A stretch of DNA of 64,000 nt from Candidatus Aenigmatarchaeota archaeon (GTDB lineage: Archaea > Aenigmatarchaeota > Aenigmatarchaeia > GW2011-AR5), in the NCBI GenBank assembly GCA_016187335.1, contig JACPJW010000001.1, positions 416,001 through 480,000 of the forward strand, written 5' to 3'. Positions 1 to 9,430 of this stretch are shown piece by piece. The position numbers were made by a program, and so were the translations under genes. The notes under the pieces were generated by a model. It was not told the DNA's origin. It searched no databases and saw only the letters and a list, made by a program, of their open reading frames with translations. Within the stretch, counting starts at the first letter, position 1. Every line of letters begins with the position of its first letter.

Positions 1-315
1 CTCGTTGCTGTCCGGCAGTGTCCTTTTCAGGTTGTAGTACATGTCTCGGATGCTGGCATGGATTTTCTCATCAATGAGCGATTTACAGAAAGCACCGACC
101 ATAAGCGTCTGCATGAACTTCTTGGAGTGCGCGACGTTGAAGTAATACCTTTTTGCTGTCTTGGTGCCAAGCCTGAGCTGGCCGGTTTTCCTGTCGTAAA
201 CTACGTTGGAAAGAGCGCGTATTGGTATCTCTATGTTCGGGTTCTCGCCTTTCTCTATGTCATGCACGACTTTCTTGCCCAGAACATTCAGTTCCTTTCT
301 TACGTCTTTTTCCAT
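1..315 (-). CDS. top6A: DNA topoisomerase VI subunit A, N-terminal part (runs off window start)
   Basis: Manual translation from ATG at 315: MEKDVRKELNVLGKKVVHDIEKGENPNIEIPIRALSNVVYDRKTGQLRLG...SIRDMYYNLKR. Matches the Spo11/Top6A N-terminus (R-D-x-Y-Y motif); directly downstream of top6B. Confidence 0.93.
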   Translation of the reverse strand, partial: MEKDVRKELNVLGKKVVHDIEKGENPNIEIPIRALSNVVYDRKTGQLRLGTKTAKRYYFNVAHSKKFMQTLMVGAFCKSLIDEKIHASIRDMYYNLKRTLPDSNE

Positions 316-353
316 AGAATCACTTTCCCAAAATATGGTTCCATTCCGCTTTA

Positions 354-2006
354 CTATTCTTCTTCAGCTTCTTCAGGCTTTTCTTTTTTAGGGTTCGACT
401 GCGCAGCCGCCAGCTGCGGCGGCTGGACCGTTTCCAGCTCTTCGAAATCTTTCATCTTGTTCTTGTTTTCTATTATGGACAGCAGCTTCTTTTCTATAAC
501 AGCATCCTTGTCGCCCGTGAGAACGGACAGCGACGAGGCAACCTCCTTTGCGTACCTTTCAAAAATCTGTATCCTGCGTTTCTGCTCGCCGGCGCGCCGC
601 TTTCCCGAAAGGTAGCGGGACAGCTCACGTGCCGCGTCCTGTATTGCCAGCTTCATTTCCTTGACAATTTCCGGGTACGGCGCAATGGCTTCTTTGCTTT
701 CCGAAACGAAGGGCACCCACACGGACGACATGTGTATTACGAGAATCATGGGGCCTGATGGCAGCGAGTTCTTCGGATGCTGCAAGCCATACCGCTTCCA
801 GTCCACGTCCTTGGCAGCTTCCGTCGTTGCGCAAGCGCCTGCTTGGTAGAGAAGAGGCACCCTGTTTGCAATTCTTATCACGTCTATCTGCTCTTCCAAA
901 GCGCCTACATTGCCGAAAACGATGCCGATTTCAATCTGGAAAGGCATGCCGCGATAAACTTCACTTTCCCTTCCAATCACGGTTATAAATTCAGCCTGCG
1001 GATATTCCTTTTTCAGGCTTTTCTCGAGCTCTGCTTTCCCTACAGGCGACAGGCAATCCAAAGGAGGCCTTTGTATCTTGACTTTCTGCATGGCGCTGAG
1101 CAGTTTTTCTATTCCCGCCCTGTCAAGCGCCTGGGGCTTTCCGTTCGGATCTATTTTTGCCGTTTTGCATATTTCCTTTGCTGTCTGCGACCCCACGGAA
1201 GAGAACTCGTTTACAAGAAATGACTGCACGGTCTTTGAATTTGTTTTTGACAGGAACCGCTGCAGAATTCCGAACTCAACGCCGTAGGGGTGCATTCTCA
1301 TTTCCTTCGGCGGCTTCGGGAGATCGTCAAAGCTCCTTGGAAATGCCATCTTTGTTCCGTCGGGGGCGTGATAATTTATCTTTGCGAAAGGGTTTGAGAT
1401 GCTCGTCTGCTTGAGATAGTCGTCAACGCCCTGCGTTTTCCTGTAGCGCCCGACAACATCAATTTCAACTTTAACGCCGCGCTCCAGCCCGTCTTCCAGC
1501 GTTTCTTCCTTCACGATTTCCGGCTCGTTCTTGCTTGTGTTGATAAAAAGCTCGTAGTAACTGACCTTTTTCTTTTCGTCGGTCCTGGACCATACCTTTG
1601 TGGGGGAGCCTGTTGTAAGCTGCGAATAGAGCACCACAGCGGAAATTCCTATGCCCTGCTGGCCTCTTGACTGGCGAAGACGGTGGAACTTGCTGCCATA
1701 AAGCAGTTTTCCGAAAATTCTGGGCACTTGTTCTTTCACGATGCCCGGTCCGTTGTCCTGTACGGTCACGCGGAAGCGGTCCTCCCCGGTCTGCTTTATT
1801 TTCACGTTGATGTCCGGCAGAATGCCTGCTTCCTCGCATGCGTCTAGGGAGTTGTCCACGGCTTCCTTTACGGTCATCAGCAGCGCTTTTGTCGGGTTGT
1901 CAAAGCCCAAGAGATGCTTGTTTTTTTCAAAGAACTCGCTTATTGATATTTCCTTCTGCTCTTTAGCAAACTCCTCAGCGGTTTTTTTCGGGGATTTGTC
2001 AGACAT
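354..2006 (-). CDS. top6B: DNA topoisomerase VI subunit B
   Basis: GHKL motifs EAVDNSLDA, DNGPGI, GKLLYGSKF, RGQQGIGIS, followed by H2TH and transducer regions. Confidence 0.97.
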   Translation of the reverse strand: MSDKSPKKTAEEFAKEQKEISISEFFEKNKHLLGFDNPTKALLMTVKEAVDNSLDACEEAGILPDINVKIKQTGEDRFRVTVQDNGPGIVKEQVPRIFGKLLYGSKFHRLRQSRGQQGIGISAVVLYSQLTTGSPTKVWSRTDEKKKVSYYELFINTSKNEPEIVKEETLEDGLERGVKVEIDVVGRYRKTQGVDDYLKQTSISNPFAKINYHAPDGTKMAFPRSFDDLPKPPKEMRMHPYGVEFGILQRFLSKTNSKTVQSFLVNEFSSVGSQTAKEICKTAKIDPNGKPQALDRAGIEKLLSAMQKVKIQRPPLDCLSPVGKAELEKSLKKEYPQAEFITVIGRESEVYRGMPFQIEIGIVFGNVGALEEQIDVIRIANRVPLLYQAGACATTEAAKDVDWKRYGLQHPKNSLPSGPMILVIHMSSVWVPFVSESKEAIAPYPEIVKEMKLAIQDAARELSRYLSGKRRAGEQKRRIQIFERYAKEVASSLSVLTGDKDAVIEKKLLSIIENKNKMKDFEELETVQPPQLAAAQSNPKKEKPEEAEEE

Positions 2007-2036
2007 TATTCCGGACTCCTAAGGTTTGAAAGTCGC

Positions 2037-2057
2037 CGAAACTTCTCTGAAGTTTCG
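2037..2057. repeat. Perfect 9-bp palindrome (family C: CGAAACTTC-TCT-GAAGTTTCG)
   Basis: Intergenic inverted repeat; related hairpins at 12058-12104, 39518-39541 (inside a tRNA intron) and 49640-49661. Confidence 0.75.
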
Positions 2058-2090
2058 TGCGAAATGCTTTTGCCTGCAATGCATTTTATT

Positions 2091-2585
2091 TTATACGAGG
2101 AGATGAATTCTTTTTATGCCAATGGATTTGTAAACACTTTTATGCGAGTGCCCTATAATTAATCTCTCAACGGCGCCTCTGGCCTTTTCTGCATCCTCGT
2201 ATCTGCCTATAATCGAGACAGTTCTGCCGTAAACGGATATGAACGTCTTCGTCATAATCTCTATGTTTTTTCTGGCCTTGCCTCTGGTTCCAATTATCCT
2301 TGAGCGAACCCTTTTTAATGCTTTTTCGTTTTTCGGAAGCGGTATCATGTCAAGGGTGTATTCCTCGTCCAGCAGGTACATGGACCTCTCAGGAGAAAAC
2401 CCGCGCCCTATGGCCTTCACTATGTTTTCCGCGTTCATTACGCGGAGCGCATCGCCCTCTATTTCAACATCTTCATTCACAGATATTTTTACTTCTGCAA
2501 GATTTTCTATCTCCTTTTTTACCAGGCCGCCTTTTCCTATCAGAACGGCAAGTCTCTCTTTTGGTATCTTGACAACCCTGAGCAT
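2091..2585 (-). CDS. dim2: KH-domain rRNA-processing protein (Dim2/Pno1 family)
   Basis: Two KH GxxG motifs (LIGKGG, IIGTRG) and AIGRGFSPE; next to aIF1A. Confidence 0.9.
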   Translation of the reverse strand: MLRVVKIPKERLAVLIGKGGLVKKEIENLAEVKISVNEDVEIEGDALRVMNAENIVKAIGRGFSPERSMYLLDEEYTLDMIPLPKNEKALKRVRSRIIGTRGKARKNIEIMTKTFISVYGRTVSIIGRYEDAEKARGAVERLIIGHSHKSVYKSIGIKRIHLLV

Positions 2586-2589
2586 AAAA

Positions 2590-2880
2590 TCACTCTACGA
2601 GAAGTATGCCTTTCCTTTTCAGCCACGAAGCCTCTGTGGGGTTGTATTTCCATATTATGTCGCCGCTTTTCTCTCCTTGCACGCTCCACGGCTCTACGAG
2701 GACGGCATCGTCCTTCCTTATCCATATCCTTTTTCTCAGCTTGCCCGGTATCCTGCATATCCGCATTCTGTTGTCCTGGCACCGGACCATGAGCTTGTTG
2801 GAGCCTAGCATGGATTCTACTATGCCCAAAACTTCCTTGCCCCTCGGGATCCTCACGCGGAATACAGGCTGCTCAACCAT
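2590..2880 (-). CDS. eif1a: Translation initiation factor aIF-1A
   Basis: OB-fold with LGSNKLMVRC, RICRIPGKLRKRIWIR, DIIWKY. Confidence 0.95.
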   Translation of the reverse strand: MVEQPVFRVRIPRGKEVLGIVESMLGSNKLMVRCQDNRMRICRIPGKLRKRIWIRKDDAVLVEPWSVQGEKSGDIIWKYNPTEASWLKRKGILLVE

Positions 2881-2884
2881 GAAA

Positions 2885-3505
2885 TCACCTTATGGAATAA
2901 TAGTCCCTGTAAAGCTTCTTTCCTTTCTTCTCCGTTATAAGCTTGTAGCTTTTCTTTATCTGAAAATTTTTAAGCATGCCAGCAATCCTTGCCGCGGTTC
3001 TTTTGTCGATAAATTTAACGTTGCAGCCGTCTTTGTCGCTTTCCGAAAACGCTTCGCCTTCCCCGGTCAGGAGAGAAACCTTTCTGATTATTTTTTTCAT
3101 TCTGTCGCCTCTTATCTGGAAGATTGCCTGGTAGTATCCGCTCAGCAATTTAATGCAGGAATCGCACTTTCCCCTTTCTATAAGGAGCGGCACTGTTTTT
3201 TTCTCTCCCTTTATTTTTTTGCTGGGTTTAACGTAACCGCTGCATGAAAATTCCGCCTTGCCGTTGCCAACCCTGATATTCATGTCCGATATCCTGTTTC
3301 TGGAAGATACCTTGCTTTCCAGTATTTTTTCCAGAGTGTTTTTTACCCACCCTTTGTCGTAATAAGCGCCGCAGCTGGTGCAGTGCCTGAGGAGTATTTT
3401 CTCCGGCACTTCAAAAAGGCTCCTGCTTTTCAGGAAGCATTTTTCACAGTAGTTGCTGGAGAAAACAGGCGAGCCGCAAACTATGCATATCTGCTGCGTT
3501 TTCAT
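2885..3505 (-). CDS. nmd3: NMD3-family 60S/50S export-like Zn-finger protein (short form); start re-placed at ATG 3505
   Basis: CxxC pairs (CIVC, CEKC, CTSC, CDSC) and YYQAIFQIRG motif; typical aIF1A neighbour. Confidence 0.75.
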   Translation of the reverse strand: MKTQQICIVCGSPVFSSNYCEKCFLKSRSLFEVPEKILLRHCTSCGAYYDKGWVKNTLEKILESKVSSRNRISDMNIRVGNGKAEFSCSGYVKPSKKIKGEKKTVPLLIERGKCDSCIKLLSGYYQAIFQIRGDRMKKIIRKVSLLTGEGEAFSESDKDGCNVKFIDKRTAARIAGMLKNFQIKKSYKLITEKKGKKLYRDYYSIR

Positions 3506-3551
3506 GCGATGAAATTTGCTGTAAAGTATAAGAACACATGACGGATACATT

Positions 3552-3641
3552 TTTTTGACAGAACTTTTTCCTAAAAAGTTCTTTTTGATTAAACTTTTTC
3601 CTAAAAAGTTCTTTTTGATTAAACTTTTTCCTAAAAAGTTT
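3552..3641 (-). repeat. Three tandem 30-bp units, each a family-B palindrome AACTTTTT-CCT-AAAAAGTT plus (A/G)TCAAAAA tail on the minus strand
   Basis: Palindromes at 3562-3580, 3592-3610 and 3622-3640 with exact 30-bp period; the first unit on the minus strand overlaps the TAA stop of the upstream pilin-like gene. Confidence 0.95.
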
Positions 3642-4695
3642 AGAAGAAGACCTTCCAGAACAACAGGCTCAATTCAAACTGATCGCCGCCAATTGATGAA
3701 AGGAGAGAGCTTTCCGAAAAAGACGGCGCCGGTGTTTTCTTGAAATTGTCCATTTTGTAATGTTCACCGGAAGCCCACATAAGCGCCGCCTTCGTAAGGT
3801 TCTTCGTCTCCTGCGCGCCCTGAGTGTCTTTTGCATAGTCGTATCCCGAAAACCACACGGTTCGCCCATGGTTGTTCACAATGAACTGGTTTATCTTCAC
3901 ATAGGATATCTGGTTTCCTGGCGATGTTATTATAACGGACTTGTCCGTTACTTCAATCTGGTTTACGCCGCCGCCTGAAAATTCGCTGAATGCCGCGCTG
4001 GCGGGGTCTTTGCCAGTTAAGCCTCTGTAATATTTCGCTATCTTGTAAGAAACCTTTGAAGGCGTTACGGTGCTGTAAAATATTCCTTCGCCCCCGCCGC
4101 TCCCGGTCCACCTCAAATCAAAGACGCTGTTCATGAATCCGTCGCTTACCTGGTTTTCCGTCAGGTGCCCGAGCATGAATATTGTCCCGCCGCCGTCAAG
4201 GAAGCTGTTCAGCGCTGACATGTACGGATTGAGATTCTCATACCCGATTATGAAGGCAACGTCGGTCCGGGGGTTTATGTTGTTCAGGTTGTCGAGCCTC
4301 TGGATCCTCACGTCTATTTCCCTGTCCTTGTAGCCGAAGCGAAGAGGTGCAAGGAGAGATTCAAGGTCATCTTTCTCTGTTTCACTGCAGAAGCATTCGA
4401 CGTAAATTATGTCGTTGGGAATATCCCTGACTTCCAGCGAGAATTCTATGTTAGGGGGAAGGGTTTTCCTAAGGTCGTTGTTCAGCGAAGCTGCGTCATT
4501 GTTCTTCACATAGCCGGCAAGTTTGCCGCTTTTTTCCAAAGCAATAAGCGATTCCTTTGTCCTGGTGCTCAGAACCACGTCGTCCCACGAAGTCTGCTGC
4601 GTTGTGGGCAGGAAAAAATAGGATACTGAGGCTATGAGGATTATGGAAGCTATGATGGCTTCAAGCACCCTTATGAAACCTTTCATTATACCCAC
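3640..4695 (-). CDS. Class III signal peptide (pilin-like) protein
   Basis: N-terminus MGIMKG|FIRVLEAIIASIIL: KG cleavage site, E+5-like residue and hydrophobic helix; in an operon with a T4P ATPase. Confidence 0.75.
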   Translation of the reverse strand: MGIMKGFIRVLEAIIASIILIASVSYFFLPTTQQTSWDDVVLSTRTKESLIALEKSGKLAGYVKNNDAASLNNDLRKTLPPNIEFSLEVRDIPNDIIYVECFCSETEKDDLESLLAPLRFGYKDREIDVRIQRLDNLNNINPRTDVAFIIGYENLNPYMSALNSFLDGGGTIFMLGHLTENQVSDGFMNSVFDLRWTGSGGGEGIFYSTVTPSKVSYKIAKYYRGLTGKDPASAAFSEFSGGGVNQIEVTDKSVIITSPGNQISYVKINQFIVNNHGRTVWFSGYDYAKDTQGAQETKNLTKAALMWASGEHYKMDNFKKTPAPSFSESSLLSSIGGDQFELSLLFWKVFF

Positions 4696-4729
4696 CTTCG
4701 TCCTTGCTGCGACCCCATTTCATTTTTCA

Positions 4730-5227
4730 TCATGCGACGCCTACTTCTATGCTCACCCTTTCTTTGCTTTCCAAGACCCCGTATCTTTTCACGAGCGACT
4801 GCGGCAAAACAAGCGTAGCGACGGGCGGGGCGCAGTAAACATAAACCTCGTTTGTTTCCACGTTGGTTATGTTTATGACGACAGCGAAATTGGGGTCGCC
4901 AGTTACCAGGTCCCTCACATTGTTGTAGTTATCGCTGCACATCCCCTTCAGGGCGTTTATTTTCTGCATTGATATGACATATTTTTCCGGGGTTGACAGC
5001 CCGATTCTCTTCACGTTGCCGCTGTTCCAGTTTTTTGGTGCTCCCTCGTCCAGAAGAAGCGCTTCGGACATGGAAAAGCTTCTTGACCTCAGGGAAGATA
5101 CCAGGGAGCCCTCGTGAAACTGCGGCACGTTGTTGGCCACGCTTATAATCAGAAAAAAAACCGTGCCTAAAAACACAAGGACAGAAATGATAAACTCTAT
5201 GTTCACTACTCCCTTCATTTTGAACAC
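4730..5227 (-). CDS. Class III signal peptide (pilin-like) protein
   Basis: MFKMKG|VVNIEFIISVLVFLG prepilin-type N-terminus. Confidence 0.8.
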   Translation of the reverse strand: MFKMKGVVNIEFIISVLVFLGTVFFLIISVANNVPQFHEGSLVSSLRSRSFSMSEALLLDEGAPKNWNSGNVKRIGLSTPEKYVISMQKINALKGMCSDNYNNVRDLVTGDPNFAVVINITNVETNEVYVYCAPPVATLVLPQSLVKRYGVLESKERVSIEVGVA

Positions 5228-5245
5228 CGATACGATTCTCTGTCT

Positions 5246-6196
5246 TCACGCGAACCCGGCTTTTATGACCAGTACGAATATGAAGAAGCCGCTCAGCGTC
5301 ATTATCAGGCTGTGCTTTATTCCCGCGGAAACGGAATCGGACACTATCTGGCCAGCTATAAGCCCGGAAAAGAATCCCTGGATGATTATCATGACAAGGA
5401 ACAGCGAGCGGTAGTAAGACTCCGGCGCCTTTGCCGGGCCGAAATCAAGCGAGGACGAAACGCCCATGAACAATGAGCATCCCAGGCATTCCGGGCTGTT
5501 CGACGAGATGCATGGCGTGCACGGGTTCGGGTTGAATTCCTGGAATATGCCGGCGATGCTTCCGCCTGTGCCGCCCGGCTGCAGGAGCGGTATAAGGAAT
5601 TTGAGCAGCGCTATGCTGATTCCCAGGAATATGAAGAATATTGCGTACATCATAAGCACCTGCTGGTTAAGCAGGGAGGATTTTTCTTCCTGGACTTCCT
5701 TTATCATTTCAATGTTTTTCGCAAGCGACTCCATCGTATCTTCTATGCTGCCGCCGGATTTGTTCGCCTCATGGATTATCATTATGGACCTGACGATTAT
5801 CCTGCTGTGCCTCATCCTTTTCGCCCAGTCATTGAGCACCTTTTCCAGCGGGATGTTCCAGCTGAGCTGGTTGTCTATCCTTTTTATCTCGGCGGTGAGC
5901 GGCCCGTAATCGGATTTTGCCGCGGATTTTATTGCCTGCAATACAGTAAGGCCAGCCCTTTGCGATTCCGACAAATCCCTGAGGAAGTTCGGGAACTCTT
6001 TTTCGTACGCCCGCACTTTCTTGAATTCAAAGAACCTGTAAAGGCTGTAAGGTATTGTCAGGACTGCAAGACCGATAAATACAAGGTTCAGCGCAAGAAC
6101 TATGTCGCCGGAAAGGATTCCCATGGCCAGCAGGGAAATAAAAATAGCCGATGAAACCAGGATAATCTTCCTGCCATGGCTTAGTTTTTTCAGCAT
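5246..6196 (-). CDS. Type II/IV secretion system F-family membrane platform protein (TadC/FlaJ-like)
   Basis: FPNFLRDLSESQRAG, YGPLTAEIKR, SGGSIED motifs; several TM helices. Confidence 0.9.
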   Translation of the reverse strand: MLKKLSHGRKIILVSSAIFISLLAMGILSGDIVLALNLVFIGLAVLTIPYSLYRFFEFKKVRAYEKEFPNFLRDLSESQRAGLTVLQAIKSAAKSDYGPLTAEIKRIDNQLSWNIPLEKVLNDWAKRMRHSRIIVRSIMIIHEANKSGGSIEDTMESLAKNIEMIKEVQEEKSSLLNQQVLMMYAIFFIFLGISIALLKFLIPLLQPGGTGGSIAGIFQEFNPNPCTPCISSNSPECLGCSLFMGVSSSLDFGPAKAPESYYRSLFLVMIIIQGFFSGLIAGQIVSDSVSAGIKHSLIMTLSGFFIFVLVIKAGFA

Positions 6197-6202
6197 GATG
6201 AT

Positions 6203-7075
6203 CTACTCTTCTATAGGCGATATTGACTTTATCAAAAGGATAAAGCCCACGGAGATAAGCGGTATCAGTATGAACACTATGAATGTCTGTATTGCTATCG
6301 TACCGAGTCCGCCCGAAAGCGCCGCCACTATTGACGACAGTATTATAAAAAATATTGAGCCGGTTATTATCAGCGTCAGGTATATCTCCATGAACAGCGA
6401 AAGGTCCTGAGAATATTTTCTTATTTTTCTTCTGTACTCGCCCATAAGCTCTTCGGATTTCTTTTCAAGGTATTCCGCAAGGTTTCCCCCGGAAGAAGTG
6501 ACGTTGTCTATGCCCCAGAAAAGCTCTCTCAACTCCGAGGACGGCGTCCTTCTGGCCTGCCTCCTCATGGCGTTTGAAAAAGTCATTCCGAACACTTCAA
6601 CATTCTGGACTATTTCCCTTGCTTCCCTGCTCACTTCGCCGTACTCTTCAAAGCCTGCCAGCGTCCTGAAAGAGTCTATAGGCGGCAGACGCGACGAAGA
6701 CATTGTGGCAAGGTATGAAACGGCGAAAGGCAGGGCCTTGTTAATCTTGCTGCTCCGGTTTTTCGATGCGGTCACGGGGTAAGAATAAAACAGGAAAAAA
6801 AGAATTCCCGACAGCGTAAAGGAAAGAGTGAGGCCAAGAATGATTGATGTCACAACAGGGAATCCCAGAAGCCCGAAGATGAAAGCGGACAGGGCTGCCT
6901 CAACGAGAAAGGTTACGGAAACGGCAAACAGCGCTATGGAAATGTATTCTTCCAACGTGTACTTGATGCCCGCCTTCTGCAAGTCGTCCTGCAAATCGCT
7001 CAGGTAATTCTTCAAGGACTTGCTGAGGCTGCCGAATATTTTGTAGGCAATAGCAGCATAATTAGGCATATTCAA
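6203..7075 (-). CDS. Type II/IV secretion system F-family membrane platform protein
   Basis: LPFAVSYLATMSSS, YGEVSREAREIV, SGGNLAEYL motifs; TM helices. Confidence 0.9.
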   Translation of the reverse strand: MNMPNYAAIAYKIFGSLSKSLKNYLSDLQDDLQKAGIKYTLEEYISIALFAVSVTFLVEAALSAFIFGLLGFPVVTSIILGLTLSFTLSGILFFLFYSYPVTASKNRSSKINKALPFAVSYLATMSSSRLPPIDSFRTLAGFEEYGEVSREAREIVQNVEVFGMTFSNAMRRQARRTPSSELRELFWGIDNVTSSGGNLAEYLEKKSEELMGEYRRKIRKYSQDLSLFMEIYLTLIITGSIFFIILSSIVAALSGGLGTIAIQTFIVFILIPLISVGFILLIKSISPIEE

Positions 7076-8909
7076 TCCTCTGCAGCAAGAACTCGGGAGC
7101 AGTATAGAACAAATTGAATACGGAACCTAATTTCTGGTAGTCGTTGAGGTTTTTTTCAGCAGACCACTTCAGGACATTTGATTTTCTTTTTATGTCCTCG
7201 TTTATTTCTTCTTCTGATGCTCCGGTTGTTTCGGAGATTTTCTTAAGCAGCGAACTCTTGTTAACTACAGTGTAGGAATCATTTTTGGGGTTCCACCTGA
7301 AAACCTCGTTGGATACCACGGAATTGCTTCTCCTGTCGTACCCGAGGATTTCTATTACAGAAGAAATCCTCCTCTTGTAGACGCGTCCGTACTTCACCCT
7401 TTTGACGAATATTATCACGTCCAGGTTCTGTATAAGCCCTATAGGAAGGCTTATCGGCGGCGTTGAAAGCCTGTCCATAAGCTTGTTGAAATTTTCCGCA
7501 TGTATTGTCGACAGGCCGGCATGGCCCACGGCCATCTGCTGGAAAAGAACGTACGCTTCGCGCCCGCGGACCTCGCCGACGATTATGTAGTCAGGCCTCT
7601 GCCTCAGTGATTCTCTGAGCAATTCAAACATGTCAACCTTGCCTTCTTCCGACAGCGGAGTTCTTGCCACTTCCGATATCCAGTGGGAATGCGGCAGCCT
7701 CAGTTCCGGCGTGTCCTCTATGCTCACTATTTTCATCTGCGGCTTGATGAACAGGGAAAGCGCGTTGAGGAGCGACGTCTTTCCGGTAGCAGTTCCCCCG
7801 GATATGAGCAGGCTCTGGTTGTGCTCTATAAGGTACCAGAAATACGAGAGCATCTTCAGGTCGCACGTCCCGAACTTTACCATGTCCACGGGTGTTAGCG
7901 GCTTTTCCGTGAACATTCTTATGGTGAAATTGCTGCCGTGCATTGCAACGTCGCTGCTCAGGGTTGCCTGGACCCTTGAGCCGTCGGGCAGCGCCCCGTC
8001 AAGGAGCGGCTTCGCGACAGAGATAAGCTTTCCGCACCTTTCGGCAAGCTTGTTTGCAAAGGAATCAAGGGAGTCCTTGTCGGAGAACTTTATGTTAGTC
8101 CTCATTGAGCCGAGCCGCGGGTCCCTGTGGTAAATAAAAATAGGGATGTTCATGCCGTCGCAGGATATGTCCTCTATCTGCTTGTCCTTCAGGAGGGGCT
8201 CTATTTTTTCCAGCCCGACAAAATCCCTTATAACGTAATACATGAGGACGTCTACATCCACGTCAGGCCCGGCGCGGAAATAAGAGAGCGCACCCTCAAA
8301 TATTTTTTTGATGTAGCTCGTGGCGTCGCCCCTTACTTCCCCGAAGTTCACGTCAATCTTTTCCTGTACATACTCCTTTATTTCCCTGAGCAGCGCAGAG
8401 CTTTTCTCGTCAAGCTGCGGCTCAACAATGTCGTAGACAATTTCATTTATTTTCGGATTGAAGTAAATATGGGCGTAAGCGAAGACGCGCTCGCCCTTTT
8501 TCGGCTCCGAGGGTATTAGCGGATATGTGATGTTGATTCTTCTCATCTCAATTGTTTCTTCAGTCATGCCGACGCTTTCAATAGTCGGGGACTCGGCGGT
8601 TTCAGGTATTTTTATCCCGCCTTTTACGAATTCCTTCATATCGTAATCTTCCGTCAGTATAACAGGTATGGGGCCTGCCGGAAGCGCTGCAGCAGGCGGC
8701 GTTGAATACCCGCGGAATTCTGAAGAAGAATCAGGCTGCGAAGAATGCGGGCTGATATCCTGGGAAATTATACCGGGTTGTTCTTTGGCTGGCTGGGTTT
8801 TCACTTTTAGCCTTATTTTCTTCAGGCCGGTGGAAGTTTTCATGGAAATTAACACGGTCTTTTCCGGCCATGCTTCCTTTTTAGCGAGTTTTATCTTCAT
8901 TCCAAACAC
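7062..8909 (-). CDS. Type IV pilus assembly ATPase (VirB11/TadA/FlaI family)
   Basis: IEDISCDG, Walker A GGTATGKTS, Asp box SIEDTPEL, LRQRPDYIIVGEVRG, His box GHAGLSTIHA. Confidence 0.95.
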   Translation of the reverse strand: MFGMKIKLAKKEAWPEKTVLISMKTSTGLKKIRLKVKTQPAKEQPGIISQDISPHSSQPDSSSEFRGYSTPPAAALPAGPIPVILTEDYDMKEFVKGGIKIPETAESPTIESVGMTEETIEMRRINITYPLIPSEPKKGERVFAYAHIYFNPKINEIVYDIVEPQLDEKSSALLREIKEYVQEKIDVNFGEVRGDATSYIKKIFEGALSYFRAGPDVDVDVLMYYVIRDFVGLEKIEPLLKDKQIEDISCDGMNIPIFIYHRDPRLGSMRTNIKFSDKDSLDSFANKLAERCGKLISVAKPLLDGALPDGSRVQATLSSDVAMHGSNFTIRMFTEKPLTPVDMVKFGTCDLKMLSYFWYLIEHNQSLLISGGTATGKTSLLNALSLFIKPQMKIVSIEDTPELRLPHSHWISEVARTPLSEEGKVDMFELLRESLRQRPDYIIVGEVRGREAYVLFQQMAVGHAGLSTIHAENFNKLMDRLSTPPISLPIGLIQNLDVIIFVKRVKYGRVYKRRISSVIEILGYDRRSNSVVSNEVFRWNPKNDSYTVVNKSSLLKKISETTGASEEEINEDIKRKSNVLKWSAEKNLNDYQKLGSVFNLFYTAPEFLLQRIEYA

Positions 8910-8917
8910 CAGAACGC

Positions 8918-9388
8918 TTACCCGCGCCTTATTTTTATTGTCTTCCCGTCCAAGTATATTTCTGCCCTGCCGGCTGTACTCAGGACCTCACCGCTCAGGC
9001 AGAAAATACCTTCAATACTACAATCTGTCTGGGCTATGTTAAATAGTTTTTGAGATACTTTTGTTTCCGGATCGCTGAAATCGTAAACTATAACGGAATC
9101 ATCCTTGAGGGACACGACATAAACCTTTCCCGATATTTTATCCGGCAAACTTATCACTGCAGAAGAATTCTGGGCTGCTGTCCTGACAACGCCTGCTGCC
9201 ACGACATCCCCGATGTTGCGGAAATGGTCCTTTGTGGAGACGCTGTTAAGCGATGCCTGTATTGTGCTGAAGCTGAGAGCAACATGGGCGGTTATCAGGA
9301 CTCCTATGGCAAACAGTAGAACTTCGTTGACGACGAGATGCTGGCCCTTCATTCCCTTATTAAGAATATTATTTTTCCTTTTTTTCAT
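8918..9388 (-). CDS. Class III signal peptide (pilin-like) protein
   Basis: Basic leader, then KG|QHLVVNEVLLFAIGVLI. Confidence 0.75.
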   Translation of the reverse strand: MKKRKNNILNKGMKGQHLVVNEVLLFAIGVLITAHVALSFSTIQASLNSVSTKDHFRNIGDVVAAGVVRTAAQNSSAVISLPDKISGKVYVVSLKDDSVIVYDFSDPETKVSQKLFNIAQTDCSIEGIFCLSGEVLSTAGRAEIYLDGKTIKIRRG

Positions 9389-9430
9389 AAATATTCTTTA
9401 TTGAGGCCGATAATAAAGATGCGGAATAAA

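Noticed and set aside
58-615. Plus-strand 185-aa ORF and the many other antisense shadow ORFs
   Set aside because: They lie opposite well-supported genes (top6A/top6B here) and have no motifs of their own.
3552-3641. CRISPR array
   Set aside because: The 30-bp units are contiguous with identical linkers, so there are no unique spacers; no cas genes in the window.
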